Positions 19,579 through 30,900 of a stretch of 64,000 nucleotides of DNA are shown here, piece after piece (position 1 is the stretch's first letter; each line of letters starts with the position of its first letter). Origin of the DNA: a virus. The notes beneath the pieces were generated by a model. The model was not told where the DNA came from. It did no database searches and saw nothing but the letters and a program-made list of their open reading frames with translations. Location of the stretch: positions 117,219 through 181,218 of IMG/VR virus record IMGVR_UViG_3300037420_001874; one strand, written 5' to 3'. The translations under genes were made by a program, and so were the position numbers.

Positions 19579-22500
19579 ATGGTGACGACACCCCAGATCA
19601 AGCTCCGAGACGGCAGTGGGCTCACGACCAACCTGGTGTTCACGACCAACCAAGAGGCCGTGGTCATCGAGGGAGAGGTCGGTGAGGACGCGGCCGACAT
19701 CCAGGTTTCCGTCAACGGCGCCCCCTTTGTCTCCGACCCGGGGCTCGTGCGCTTCGACCTTCCGAGCTTCACCGTACCGAACCTCGACAACTATCCGTCG
19801 GGGCTGACGCTGGAGCCGGGTGAGAACACAATCCTCATCCGGACGATCGACATTGTCGGGGGCGTCTCGGGGACGGCTGTAGCCAACGTCACGCTCGTCT
19901 CTCGCCTCGATGACGTGGGGGCCCAGATCCCGACGGCCATTCGGGTCCGTCGGCGTCGGGATGCGGTGGACATTCTCGTGGCCAAGCCGGCTCAGCGCTT
20001 CGCCACCTCCGGCGTCCCGCTGCCCGACAACTTCCGGGGCTTTCATTTTTACGCATCGACGAGCGCCGCGGGGGCGACGGGCTACGTTCGCATCAACGAA
20101 AAGCTCGTCACGGCGGCGGCGACCGTGTTCGAGGAGACGGCTTCGACGATCTCCTCCGAGGCCGTCTCGTGGGCCAATACCGAGCTGAAGAACCTTCGGG
20201 TTCGCGTGACCGACGAGAGCGACACGGGCGAGGAGCTGGCCGTTCGCTACGACCGGCAGCACGACGTGTCGATCTATACCAATCGGCTCCGGTTTTCGAC
20301 CTCGCTCGAAGACCTGTCCCTCTTGGAGTTCGTCTCCTTCCGCCATATCCGCTCGGGGGGCCCGGGCATCATCAACTCCGACCTCTTCTCGGGGGTTTCG
20401 GATACCGACCCTCTCTACTACGTGGCCACGGCGGTCTACTTCGATCCGGCCACCGGCCAAGAGGTCGAGACCCCCTACTCGCAAGAAGTCCTCGGCTCGC
20501 CGCTCATCATCGACACGGCCATTCGAGAGCTGCCCCGGCGAGAGCAGTTCCAAGTGCTTCTCGACTACATCCGAGCGATCCAGCGGGTCAACGGGGAGAT
20601 CAGCCTCCTGCCGGGCTCGACCACCCGCGACGTGTCGATCGACCCGTTCGCGAGCGAGGCCGAACGTCTCTACTTCTTGCTCGACTTCGTCCACAAGTCG
20701 CAGAGCTTCCTCACCCTCCTTCAGGTCGACGACGCCAACAACGACAGCATCTCGGACCCAGTCGACGGCTCGTCCTACAAGGTGGCGCTGAAGGCCGCGC
20801 TCGGCCTCAGCTCGAACAGCGCCGTTCAGACCCTCATCGACGCCCAGTTCGACAAGCTCGCGGGCAACATGAGCAAGCGTCGCCTCCCGGGCCGGCCGGC
20901 GGTCGGTCAGGTGACGTTCTACACCACGACCAAGCCCTCGTTTGACATTACCATCCCGTCGGGTACGTACGTATCGACGAACGCCGATGCCTCGCTCGGC
21001 ATTCCTTCGATCCGCTACCGCGTCGGAGGCACCTACGTCCTCCGAGCCACGCAGGCCGACGCCTACTACAACTTCTCCAAGAAGCGCTACGAGCTGGTCT
21101 GTGACGTGGTGGCCGAGACCGTCGGCTCTGACGGCAACCGGCCCGCTGGCCAGATCAAGAACGTCTCGGGCGTCTCGGGCGTCTTCGTTACCAACGAAGA
21201 GGCGACCGTGTTCGGCTCGGACCGGGAGTCGAACACCGACCTTGCGGCCCGGGCCATGCTCGGCTTCGTCTCGGTCGATACGGGCACCGAAGGCGGCTAC
21301 GCCTCGACGACGGCCGAGCAGATCGGCGTGGTCAAGGCGAAGGTCGTCAAGAGCGGCGACGCCCTCATGATGCGCGACTACGACCCCATCCGGAAGAAGC
21401 ACATCGGTGGCAAGGTCGATATCTGGGTCCAGGGTCTTCGCGAGCGGCAGGTCGAGGAAAAGTTCGCCTTCACCTTCGAGGTGGCTCGCGACATCGTCTG
21501 TCAGATCCTCGATGCGGCCACGCTCACCTTCCGGGTCCAGGACAGCCGGGTCACGCCGAACACGCCCATCACCGAGATCCTCGACAACCTCTCGCAGGGC
21601 TTCGGCGTCCGCAATGCGAGCCAGGGCCTCGACTACGATCTGACGGGGGTGCAGATCCTCGACTACCAGACGTTCCGGCTGAACGCCGCCCTCTCGACCC
21701 AGCCCGTGACGGGCATCGACGACGTGGTGACGGCCGACTACCGGTTCCGGGTCGTCAACCAGTTCACCTTCTCGTTCCAGCCCGTCCGCCGCGTGGTTTC
21801 GGTCACCGGCGAGGTCTCCGGGGCGCTCAGTCCCGACGCGGGCTACCAGCTCTTCAAGACCGAAGACCCCTTGCTCGAAGGCGAGAGCACGATCGCGGGG
21901 GACTACCTCGCGATCAACCAGGTGGGGGGTATTCCCTCGGGCGCCTCGCTGGTGGTGAACGACGAGAGGCACGTCCTCATCGGCTCGACCGAGGAGCCTC
22001 TCGCTTCGATCGGTATCAACACGAAGACGCTTCGGGTCTTCTCGGCGGACCGTACGGTCGAATACGACGGCCCTGACGAGACGGTGCCGGACTACGAGAT
22101 CACCGAGGGGACCCCCACGACCCCGCTCGCGATCGTCCGGACGGCCTCTTCGAGTATCCCCTCGGGTGCCACGGTTTCGGTCGACTACGAGCACGACGAG
22201 AACTTCACGGTCACCTACGTGATCAACGACCTCTTGCAGGAGCTTCAGCGCACCCTCAACGTCCGCCGCCATCTCACGGCCGACGTGGTGGTCAAGCAGG
22301 CCGTGCAGAACTCGGTCGACATCGAGACAACGGTGCAGCTCAAGGGGGGAGCGACGAAGGACAAGGCTGACCCGGCGATCCGCTCGTCGGTGAGCCTGGA
22401 GCTGAACCAGAAGCTCATCGGCGAGAGCACGGCCCAGTCGGACGTGATCTCGGCCATCGAAAAGAGTGAGGGCGTCGCGTTCTCCTCGGTGCCCATGGCC

Positions 22501-23016
22501 CGCATGGCCTACGCCGACGGGAGCCGGAAGCTCCGCGAGACGCTCTTTTCGAGCTACGCCCACGTTTCGTCGCTCGATTCCGGGGGCAACTCGGCCTACC
22601 TGCTCACGGGCGCCCTGAAGTTCCCGACAACCAACGGCGGGGGCCTGTCGACCGAGCACCGGGGGGTCTTCCAGGACGACGAGGCGCTCACGATGGCTTC
22701 GTCGCTCGCTCTGGTCGCCTCGGCCTCGGGTCAGGCGTACATCATCGGCTCTTCGGGCGCTGTCATCACCGGCTACTCGGACCCCGCGACCCTCGCTGCG
22801 GCGGGCTTCACGACGGCCGAGGCTCAGGCGGCCGAGCTTCTTCGCCGTACGGCCAATCACGTCGTGGTTTCCCTTGCCCCGCCGGACGTGCCCACGTCGC
22901 ACAAGTACGCCGCGAGCTATGTTATCCGAGGCGACAAAGGCGCAAAGGACATCGTTACCTCGGGCATCGAGTTCGCGGACCTCGGCAGCTTCACCCTCAC
23001 CTTCCGCAACGGTTGA
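19579..23016 (+). CDS. Baseplate J-like wedge protein (gp6/gpJ)
   Basis: PAVGQVTFY..., ITIPSGT.V, V.AETVGSDGN, VTNEEATVFGSDRESNTDLAAR, GKVDIWVQG are Baseplate_J hallmarks; follows the gp25-like gene. Confidence 0.85.
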   Translation: MVTTPQIKLRDGSGLTTNLVFTTNQEAVVIEGEVGEDAADIQVSVNGAPFVSDPGLVRFDLPSFTVPNLDNYPSGLTLEPGENTILIRTIDIVGGVSGTAVANVTLVSRLDDVGAQIPTAIRVRRRRDAVDILVAKPAQRFATSGVPLPDNFRGFHFYASTSAAGATGYVRINEKLVTAAATVFEETASTISSEAVSWANTELKNLRVRVTDESDTGEELAVRYDRQHDVSIYTNRLRFSTSLEDLSLLEFVSFRHIRSGGPGIINSDLFSGVSDTDPLYYVATAVYFDPATGQEVETPYSQEVLGSPLIIDTAIRELPRREQFQVLLDYIRAIQRVNGEISLLPGSTTRDVSIDPFASEAERLYFLLDFVHKSQSFLTLLQVDDANNDSISDPVDGSSYKVALKAALGLSSNSAVQTLIDAQFDKLAGNMSKRRLPGRPAVGQVTFYTTTKPSFDITIPSGTYVSTNADASLGIPSIRYRVGGTYVLRATQADAYYNFSKKRYELVCDVVAETVGSDGNRPAGQIKNVSGVSGVFVTNEEATVFGSDRESNTDLAARAMLGFVSVDTGTEGGYASTTAEQIGVVKAKVVKSGDALMMRDYDPIRKKHIGGKVDIWVQGLRERQVEEKFAFTFEVARDIVCQILDAATLTFRVQDSRVTPNTPITEILDNLSQGFGVRNASQGLDYDLTGVQILDYQTFRLNAALSTQPVTGIDDVVTADYRFRVVNQFTFSFQPVRRVVSVTGEVSGALSPDAGYQLFKTEDPLLEGESTIAGDYLAINQVGGIPSGASLVVNDERHVLIGSTEEPLASIGINTKTLRVFSADRTVEYDGPDETVPDYEITEGTPTTPLAIVRTASSSIPSGATVSVDYEHDENFTVTYVINDLLQELQRTLNVRRHLTADVVVKQAVQNSVDIETTVQLKGGATKDKADPAIRSSVSLELNQKLIGESTAQSDVISAIEKSEGVAFSSVPMARMAYADGSRKLRETLFSSYAHVSSLDSGGNSAYLLTGALKFPTTNGGGLSTEHRGVFQDDEALTMASSLALVASASGQAYIIGSSGAVITGYSDPATLAAAGFTTAEAQAAELLRRTANHVVVSLAPPDVPTSHKYAASYVIRGDKGAKDIVTSGIEFADLGSFTLTFRNG

Positions 23017-23022
23017 CCCTCG

Positions 23023-23841
23023 ATGGCCCCTCGTTTCTCGAACGACCCGAACCGCGTCAACCGGACCGTTGCTCAATCGGGCAAGGAGTACAACCTTCGG
23101 CTTCTGCGGCGAGCCAACGCCACGCTGACGACGCTGATGGACCTCCTACCGTCGAACTACATCTCGTCGGTCCAGGGCCCGAACTACACGAACGAGCTGA
23201 AGGCGGTGGCGGTCGAGATCGCCAAGCTAGAGCTGGCCCTCGAAGACGTGGACACTGATACGAGCTTCGCCGGGGTTCGGTCCGACTTCCTCTATTCGGT
23301 GGTGGGCTACCTCGTCTTTCTGAACGGCCGGATGCCGGCGACGAGCCGCTTCGACGACGTGGAGTTTAAGCGTTTTCTCTCATCGGTCATCAAGATTTAC
23401 TTCCAGGGCTCGATTCCCACCTCGATTCGAGAGGGCGTGGGTCTCTTCGTCTCGGGAAACGTCACGGTGACCGAGGACTTCCTGCTCGTCCGGGCGGGGG
23501 CTTCGGGCATGGATGTGTCTGACCAGTTCAGCTTCCGCATCGACCTTGACATGGCCGCTGGGGTGCCCTCGGACCTCTTCACGCTCGATACGAACCTTCG
23601 GCTCGTCCTCGATATCCTTCGCCCGGCTCACACGCTCTTCCGCATCCGGTACATCTTCAAGGACAGCTACACGCCGAACGCCGACCAGGGCGGCAAGATC
23701 CTCGACGCCTACCGCTGGCGCATGGCGAGCTACTACTACGAGGACTATCGGGCCTACGGCGCGGGCGTCCGGGACCGTAACCGCCTCGGCGTGAAAATGA
23801 ACCTCCAGGTGACGGACGAGGACCACTCCGACGACTTTTGA
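23023..23841 (+). CDS. Baseplate wedge protein (gpI/gp7-like)
   Basis: Follows the J-like gene and carries LRLVLDILRPAHTLF (the xPAH motif of gpI-like proteins). Confidence 0.7.
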   Translation: MAPRFSNDPNRVNRTVAQSGKEYNLRLLRRANATLTTLMDLLPSNYISSVQGPNYTNELKAVAVEIAKLELALEDVDTDTSFAGVRSDFLYSVVGYLVFLNGRMPATSRFDDVEFKRFLSSVIKIYFQGSIPTSIREGVGLFVSGNVTVTEDFLLVRAGASGMDVSDQFSFRIDLDMAAGVPSDLFTLDTNLRLVLDILRPAHTLFRIRYIFKDSYTPNADQGGKILDAYRWRMASYYYEDYRAYGAGVRDRNRLGVKMNLQVTDEDHSDDF

Positions 23842-23855
23842 GCCCGGGCGTGCGG

Positions 23856-23882
23856 TTCCTTTTATGTCGGCCCCCATCGTAG
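23856..23882 (+). promoter_or_regulatory. Putative phage promoter (Y-rich-TAT-N13-GTAG)
   Basis: TTCCTTTTAT-GTCGGCCCCCATC-GTAG; the same layout occurs in five intergenic gaps. Confidence 0.45.
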
Positions 23883-23897
23883 GAGGTCGCCGCCCCG

Positions 23898-24419
23898 ATG
23901 CTTGCTCAAACCGTCCGCCTCGCACGCGCGAAGGTGCTTGTTTCTCACGCTCGCCCGTACGACTACGACGAGAAGACCGGTCTCTTCCTCTACAAGAGGG
24001 TCGACGAGGACGAGGAGGCATGGAACCTCGTCACCGACGGCGGCCGGGTCGCCATCCACACGTACATCTACGGGACGACGAGCCAGCGTTCGTCGGCGAG
24101 CCTCGGCACGGGCCTCAACTACATCGCCCTGTCGAACGACGGAACGGCCGCCGCTGCGGGGGACACCACGCTGACCGGCGAGCTGTCGGGTAACGGCCTC
24201 TCTCGCGTTCAGGGTGCGGTCACGCTCCCGACCGGCTCGGGCACGGTCACGACCATCGCCACGACGTTCACCTACTCGGGCGTCTCGCAGGCCGTGCAGA
24301 AGACGGCGCTCTTCGACGCCGGGTCGGGCGGCAAAATGGCCCACGAGATCCTGTTCACCCAGCGATCTCTCGCGACCAACGACACGCTCACGCTGACCTT
24401 CTCGATCACGCTGAGCTGA
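23898..24419 (+). CDS. Tail-collar/fibre attachment protein (gpH N-terminal, DUF3751-like)
   Basis: YIALSNDGTAAAAGDTTLTGEL...VQKTALFDAGSGGKM...NDTLTLTFSIT pattern; AGGAGG upstream. Confidence 0.6.
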   Translation: MLAQTVRLARAKVLVSHARPYDYDEKTGLFLYKRVDEDEEAWNLVTDGGRVAIHTYIYGTTSQRSSASLGTGLNYIALSNDGTAAAAGDTTLTGELSGNGLSRVQGAVTLPTGSGTVTTIATTFTYSGVSQAVQKTALFDAGSGGKMAHEILFTQRSLATNDTLTLTFSITLS

Positions 24420-24460
24420 GCTTCCCGCTCGCCGGTCTCCGCAGAAAGAACATGTAGATC

Positions 24461-25831
24461 ATGGCGAACGTTTATTACGCCAACCAGGCTCTTCAGAGCG
24501 CCAACCACGCCTTCTCGGCCATCTGGAAAGTCACCCGGGCTCTCAAGAAAGCCGGCTGGACCTACATCGCTTCGGGCAACGGCTCGTCGAAGGACACCAC
24601 GGGTGTAGCTACCTCCGACCTCTGGGGCGGCAACGCCGACCCTTCGGCCGATACCTACCCCTCGGCCCTCGACTCGGTGGCGGCCTGGTGGATGGCTCAG
24701 GGACCCACCATTCACAAGGTCCCCGTGAGCACCAACTCCACGGGCACCTTCCAGAAGGGCGAGAAGATCACGCAGGCGACCAGCGGAGCCGAGGGCGAGA
24801 TCCTCGGCTTCATGTACGACAGCGTGACGCCGGCCAACTCGTTCCTGACCATCCAGACCAGGACGGGGACCTTCAACGGCACCAACGTCATCACGGGGGC
24901 AAACTCGGGGGCGACCATCACCCCGTCGGCGACGCCGGTAGCGTTCATCTGCGAGGTTGTTTTCTGGAAGTCGACCGACACAACCAACGGGACGGTCTAC
25001 TACAACCGGGTCAACACGGCCGTCGACACCTCGCTCGGCTCGCTGAAATCGGCCACGGGCTGCACCTCGACGGTGGCTCCTGGCGGAGGGGGCACGGGCA
25101 ACAGCTTCCCTTCGACTGCGGCCACCATCCGGGGGACGGGCGGTTCGGCGAGCCACGGCCTTTGGCTTCACACGACGACGCTCGGCAGCCCCAAGTTCCA
25201 GATCGCGGCCACGGACATCGTGGGGACCTCCAGCTACAGCCCCGACGGCACTTTCTGGATCGTCTGCGGCTGCCCTTCGGTCTCGGCCACGGCCTGCACG
25301 GGCTTCGGCTTCTTCCGCCTCGACGATACCGAGGACGGAGACCTCGACCCGTTCGTCTGGGACTACCAGGGCAGCACGTCATGGTCTCGGACGGCCAACA
25401 CCGGAACGAGCAACGCCGATGTGTGGAGCAATACCAGCACTCGGTACAGCAGCTCCGTCTTTTACTTCAACGGTTGGCGGAAGAGGGGGTTTGCGTCCGG
25501 CGACGCCTGGCAGAACTACTCCTCGGCTCTGCTCTACTTCGCCCAGACCGGCGGCAACGTTCTCATCGACACCTTCGCCACCGTAGAAACCGTGGCCTCG
25601 ACCACGCTGGCTACGCCCCCCAAGGTCCGGGAACCCGTCTGGGTCGCGACGAGGGCGGTGTCTACCAAGCAGCGCAAGGGGACCGTGCGGTGGGCTTTTT
25701 TCACCCCCACCGGCACTGCTTACGACGTTTGGGACTCGAAGACTCTGTTTCAGGTCCAGACCGCTTCCAGCACTTTCGTCGGGTACATGCTGGGCCCCTG
25801 GGATGGAAGCTCCACGCCCACGCAGACGTGA
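24461..25831 (+). CDS. Putative tail fibre/spike protein, paralogue A
   Basis: 456 aa, Thr/Ser/Gly/Trp-rich; alignable along its length with 25838..27472. Confidence 0.55.
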   Translation: MANVYYANQALQSANHAFSAIWKVTRALKKAGWTYIASGNGSSKDTTGVATSDLWGGNADPSADTYPSALDSVAAWWMAQGPTIHKVPVSTNSTGTFQKGEKITQATSGAEGEILGFMYDSVTPANSFLTIQTRTGTFNGTNVITGANSGATITPSATPVAFICEVVFWKSTDTTNGTVYYNRVNTAVDTSLGSLKSATGCTSTVAPGGGGTGNSFPSTAATIRGTGGSASHGLWLHTTTLGSPKFQIAATDIVGTSSYSPDGTFWIVCGCPSVSATACTGFGFFRLDDTEDGDLDPFVWDYQGSTSWSRTANTGTSNADVWSNTSTRYSSSVFYFNGWRKRGFASGDAWQNYSSALLYFAQTGGNVLIDTFATVETVASTTLATPPKVREPVWVATRAVSTKQRKGTVRWAFFTPTGTAYDVWDSKTLFQVQTASSTFVGYMLGPWDGSSTPTQT

Positions 25832-25837
25832 GGAATC

Positions 25838-27472
25838 ATGCCGAACGTAGTTCTTCCGAACCTCACTCCCTACTCGATCAACCACTCGTTCGGCCTCATG
25901 TGGTCGATGACCCGGGCCATGATGAAGGCGGGGTACACCTACCTCAAGTCCTCGAACGGCACGACCATCGACACCACAGGCAACCCCGACAACGACAAGT
26001 GGGGGGCCCCCACCTCAACGGGCAACACAGGAGCGGCGGCGACCCTCTCCTCGAAGACCCTGGACGACATCACGGTCACCGGTCTGACAGGCATGTCGAC
26101 CAGTTCGGTCGGCCGGTTCCTCACGCTGAGCGGCTGCACGACCTCGGCCAACAACGGCTGCTGGCAGATCGTCGCCTACGTCTCGGCCACCTCGGTCAAG
26201 ATCAGGAACGCTTCGGGCTCGGCCGGCGACGCGAGTAACGGGGCGATCACCTGGACCGAGAAAGACCACACCACGACGGCCTACTCCACGGTCCAGGCTA
26301 CCCTGGACGGTGTGGCGTGCTGGTGGCTCTGCCAGGGCCCGTCGCTCCTCAAGGTGCCCATCAATGCCAACCCCTCGCCCGCGTTCAAGCGGGGCGAGAA
26401 GGTGACGCAGGCTGTCTCGCTCGCCGAGGGCGAGGTTATCGGGGTGGCCTACAACACCTCGTCCGACTCGTACATGGTGATCCAGCCCCGGATCGGCACC
26501 TTCAACAGCTCGAACGTCATCACCGGGGCTGTCTCGGGGGCCACGGCCACGCCGTCGGCGACGGTCATCACGTTCGTCTGCGAGATCGTCATCGCCAAGA
26601 CGACCGACATCTTCAACGGGTGGATCTTCTATCAGCGTGTCGATGCCAGCTCGGAGTCGGCCCAGCGGTTCTCGAACCTCGTTCCGACGGCCACCGTCGC
26701 TCCGGGCAACGGCACGACTACCAACGCCTTCCCGACGTACGCTTTCGCGCCCAAGGGGAACGTCAACAGCTCCTCTCAGGCGTGGCTCCAGGGGGTCACC
26801 GGCACAGGCTCCACGATGATGTCGGGACGGGGCCAGATCATTGTCGCCAACGCCATCGGCAACGCCGATACCTCCCCCGACGGCACGTTTTGGGTCGTGC
26901 AGGCCATGCCTGGGCACTCGTCCGAGAGCTTCTCCGGCTTCGGATTCTCCCGCATGGACGACACCGAGGAAGGGGACGTGGACCCGTACACCTGGGTTGT
27001 TTGCAACACGAGCCAGACGCGCACGGGGTCCTCCACCAGCTCCAACTACATGTGGGGCGTGACTGGGACGAGCGGGCAGCAGTTCTGGTCCTCTTCCCCG
27101 TACACCCACCTTGGCTGGAGGCGGCGTGGGTTCGGGGGGACGGGGGACGCATTCGGTACAAGTCTCTACCCCAGCTTCCTCTACCAAGTCGCCCGGGGAC
27201 AGGTCATGTCCTACAACCAAGGCGACCCCGATCGCGTGGCCTGTAGCCCGGCCACCCTGAACCACAGGGAGGCGGTGTGGGTGATCGGGTGCGAGCAGAG
27301 CACTCGTATCCGAAAAGGGACCCATCGCTGGCTCTACAACATCGGGCAAGGCGCCCCTCTTAACGTCTGGGACTCCCGTACCTGGCTTCAGGTCATCCAG
27401 GCCATCCCCAGCCTCAACGGGGGCGTCGTCATCGGCCCCTGGGACGGCGCGACCGACCCCATCTACGTCTGA
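25838..27472 (+). CDS. Putative tail fibre/spike protein, paralogue B
   Basis: 544 aa. Shares KAG.TY..S.NG, WW..QGP...KVP, F..GEK.TQA.S.AEGE, GTFN..NVITGA.SGAT.TPSAT, PDGTFW, DDTE.GD.DP and GPWDG with paralogue A; has an extra ~80 aa insert. Confidence 0.55.
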   Translation: MPNVVLPNLTPYSINHSFGLMWSMTRAMMKAGYTYLKSSNGTTIDTTGNPDNDKWGAPTSTGNTGAAATLSSKTLDDITVTGLTGMSTSSVGRFLTLSGCTTSANNGCWQIVAYVSATSVKIRNASGSAGDASNGAITWTEKDHTTTAYSTVQATLDGVACWWLCQGPSLLKVPINANPSPAFKRGEKVTQAVSLAEGEVIGVAYNTSSDSYMVIQPRIGTFNSSNVITGAVSGATATPSATVITFVCEIVIAKTTDIFNGWIFYQRVDASSESAQRFSNLVPTATVAPGNGTTTNAFPTYAFAPKGNVNSSSQAWLQGVTGTGSTMMSGRGQIIVANAIGNADTSPDGTFWVVQAMPGHSSESFSGFGFSRMDDTEEGDVDPYTWVVCNTSQTRTGSSTSSNYMWGVTGTSGQQFWSSSPYTHLGWRRRGFGGTGDAFGTSLYPSFLYQVARGQVMSYNQGDPDRVACSPATLNHREAVWVIGCEQSTRIRKGTHRWLYNIGQGAPLNVWDSRTWLQVIQAIPSLNGGVVIGPWDGATDPIYV

Positions 27473-27484
27473 AGGGCCTGACCA

Positions 27485-27802
27485 GTGGCCGACCAGGGAA
27501 GCAGCCAGTGGAGAGGCAAGGGGCAGCGGGGGGTCTCGCGCGTCCAGCCGACGGGTATCACGACCGATGGTAAGGAAGGGAGCTACGCCCCCCTCGCTTC
27601 CGACGGGCCCTCCAAGGGCTTGCTCGGCAACACGGCCGCACGGGTCGTTGAAGTTCGTTCCTCCCCGGCCACACCGGCGCCCAGGCAGATCGGCAGCTCA
27701 ATCTCGTCTCGTACGACGACCCCCAAAACGTCCAAGAACTCGTTCACGCAGGTGCAGGTCTGGTCGACTGGCGAGTCCTATACTCTTTTCCGGTCCAGCT
27801 AA
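27485..27802 (+). CDS. Small protein duplicating the N-terminus of the downstream giant protein
   Basis: GTG start, TAA stop; first 48 aa are 41/48 identical to the N-terminus of 27806..33703. Confidence 0.55.
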   Translation: MADQGSSQWRGKGQRGVSRVQPTGITTDGKEGSYAPLASDGPSKGLLGNTAARVVEVRSSPATPAPRQIGSSISSRTTTPKTSKNSFTQVQVWSTGESYTLFRSS

Positions 27803-27949
27803 AGTATGGCCGATCAAGGCACAAGTCAGTGGAGAGGCAAAGGGCAGCGAGGAGTCTCGCGCGTCCAGCCGACGGGTATCACGTCGTCGGGCTCGGAGGG
27901 CAGCTTTGCTCCTCTTGCTTCGGACGGTCCCTACAAGGGCCTGATCGGT
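27485..27949 (+). repeat. Direct repeat of ~144 bp (27485-27628 and 27806-27949)
   Basis: Both copies carry GGCCGA(C/T)CA...CAGTGGAGAGGCAA.GGGCAGCG.GG.GTCTCGCGCGTCCAGCCGACGGGTATCACG. Confidence 0.9.
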
Positions 27950-30900
27950 ACGTCTCGGCTTGATCGGTCGAGGACGATCGCGGTCGCGACAATCGTTGCA
28001 CAGGTCTATACGGCTTCGGCTGCGGAGACCCTGACGCTCTCCGAAAGCGTTCAGTTCGCCCGGGCTGCTTCGGTCGCGGAGACTCTCAGCCGGGTAGAGG
28101 CTTTGTCCGCTGTCTCCGACAAGCCCGTTTCGCCGGCCGAGACCCTTAGCCTTTCGGAAGCGGCGGTGGGAGATCGGGCCCTTCTGCCCATTGTTTCCGA
28201 GACGCTCTCGCTTTCGGAAGGGGCCACGGATGACCGGACTCTTCGCCCCCTCGTCTCCGAGACTCTCTCGCTTTCGGAAGGGGCCACGGGGGACAGGTCT
28301 GTTCGGCCCGCTCTCGCGGAGACGCTCACCCTTTCGGAGGGCAGCAGCAGCCATGTTGTTGCGACCCAGTCTCTTCCGGTAACTCAGCCGTTCGGGGAGT
28401 CGCTCGCGGCGGCCAACGGCAAGGCATACCAGCTCGAAGAGACGCTCACGCTCTCGGAGGTCTTTCAGGCGGCGCAGTTCGCCGTGGTGGCTACGAGCGG
28501 AACAAGCTTCGTTGCAACCTTCCCCGAGCCCGTCCGGTACGATGGCGTGGCCGACAAGGACCACTACGAGGTGGTCCCTGTGAATGGAGGGGTGCCTATC
28601 TCTATCGTTTCGATCGAGCCTACGGTCGAGACTTATGCTGTAGCCACGAACGGAACAGTGGTCGCGGTTGGCAACACCTTGCGGTCGACCCGGCTCCATC
28701 TCTCCACGATCGGGTTCACGCAGGATAGCGTGGGTGACTACATCTCGATCACCAACAGCGGTCTCAACCGAATCACGCAGGCTCGGATCGTCAACGTCGT
28801 CGACAGCCACACGATCGAGATCGACCGCCTTCTGCTTCTCAGCGATCCCAACAATGGGAGCCTGATCGTCACGTACACCTCCGCCGTGCTGAGCGTCACC
28901 GTGAAGACGACCCGCATGACGGGCAACAAGAACTACCGCCTCACGGTGCGCGGTCTTCAGCCCAAGGCCCAGCATCGCTACTTCTCGGCCAGCTCCGAGT
29001 TCGTCTCCAATAGCCCGAAGCCCACGCTCACCAACGTGAGCTTCGAGGCCGATCAGGTCGTGCTCACCTTCTCGGCGCCGATGCGCTCGGACATGGCGCT
29101 CACCGACCCGGCGGAGTACAGCATTCTCGGGCCCACGCCGGTCACGATCCAGGGGGTTTTGCCCCTGTCGAGCCAGCAGGTTGCGCTTCTGACCAACGGC
29201 CTTGGGGTCGGCTCCTATCAGGTGGTGGTCAACGCCTCGGGTACTCCGAAAGACGAGGCCGGCAACCCCATCGACCCGGTTTACAACACGGCCATTTTCG
29301 AGTCGTCTGAGCCCCTCCTCACCCGCTCGGTCTTCACCGACAAGGGGCCGATCGCCAAGCCGTCCGAGGTGGTGCAGTCCGGATCGGGGGTCACGTTCAA
29401 GACCTACACGACGACGACGTTTGGCCCGACGACGTTTTTTACCTCGGATCAAGTCGAGCTGACGGGGGCCTCGCTCACGCCCGATCACGTTGGGCTCTAC
29501 GTCGAGATCACGGGAAGCGAACGCAACGACGGCACCTACCGGGTATCGGCCGTCAAGGCCAACGGCGGCGGCTTCTTCACCGTCGCCAAGCTTCAGGCGA
29601 GCTTCTCTCTGCCCGACACGGCCACGGCGGGGACTATCGGATGGAAGCTTGTGGACCCACGCCACGGCCAGATCGCTGACGACCCGTCGGACGTGGTTGT
29701 GAGGGTCAACGGCGTCCCTGTGGTGCCCGAGGCAGTCATTGGCCTTCTCGGTCAGGTCGTGCTGCCTTCGACCCCCGGTCCGGCGGACGATGTGATGGTG
29801 GACTACGCCTGGGTGCGTAATCCCACGGTCGACTTCCGGCGCCTCAACTCGCACGAGTTCACGCTCAACGCCTGGTCTCACGACCAGCAGTCTTCGTCTC
29901 CTTCGCGGCACGCCTACCGGTACCGAACGGCCCTTGTCGACCCGGGCGAGTTCGTAGCCGATGACATGCAGGCGACGCTCGACGAGCCCCTGCTTCGCGA
30001 CCTCTTCTACCGGGCGTACGAGCGAGCCTACTCGGCTCTTCTGAACGAACCCGACCGTCTTCTTCTGAACACTCCGTCGCATCGGATCGCCTACCCCCCG
30101 CTCGCGCGAGAGGTGGCTTCGGTCTCGGTCGCGTACATGGCCGATACGCTCCCCGAGGCCGACTCCTGGACTCGTAAAGGCTCTGGGGTGGCGACGGTGG
30201 CGAGCGGGGTGCTCACGGCGACCGACAACACAACCGGTCCCTTTCCCGGTGGTCAGCCGCTCTATTGGACCCGGGACCTCGACCTTTCCTTCCCCCACGT
30301 CTTCGCGGCAACCTGGCGCATGGCCATTCCAACGGTCACGACGCTGGACGGCGTCTTCACCGGGCAGGCCGTGGGCTGGTCGAACAACAAGCGTGCGGTC
30401 GTGCTGGGCTATCTCGACGACGGGGACGGCCGGAAGCTCGGTCTTTTGCGACAGGGTTACGGGAACGACTCGTCTTTGCTGGCGGCGTGGGCGGGTGGCG
30501 TTGCCGGGGACGGGTCTGCAACGGGCCTGCCTGCCGACTTCGATTGGTCCATCGTCCACAGCTACCGCTTCTTCCGCGGAGCCGATGGGGTCGTTCGGGT
30601 CTACGTGGATGGTGAGGTCACCGAGATCCTGCGCCTCAGCGAGGATGAGCTTCCCTTCCTGGAGGAGCTGAACGACCCGTTCGACAGCCTCCAAGGGTTC
30701 TTCTTCGGGTCTCTCAGCCGCCCGGCGGAGAGCACGGCGACATGGGACTTCGTCCGCTACCTCGTTCTGCCGACCAACCCCATCCAGACCGCGCCTTCGC
30801 TCTTTGTCGATTACGAGGCCAACGCCTTGCCTGAGCAGGACGTGCTCTCGCCCTGGACCCCGGTGGGCTACCATGGGACCGAGAGGCTCTCTGAGGGCGA

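Noticed and set aside
27485-27949. Direct repeat as a DGR template/variable repeat, or an invertible fibre switch
   Set aside because: Differences are not adenine-specific, the repeat is N-terminal, and no reverse transcriptase, invertase or inverted repeats were seen in the window.
28019-28460. CRISPR array
   Set aside because: The 60-bp units are in-frame coding repeats without unique spacers, and there are no cas genes.
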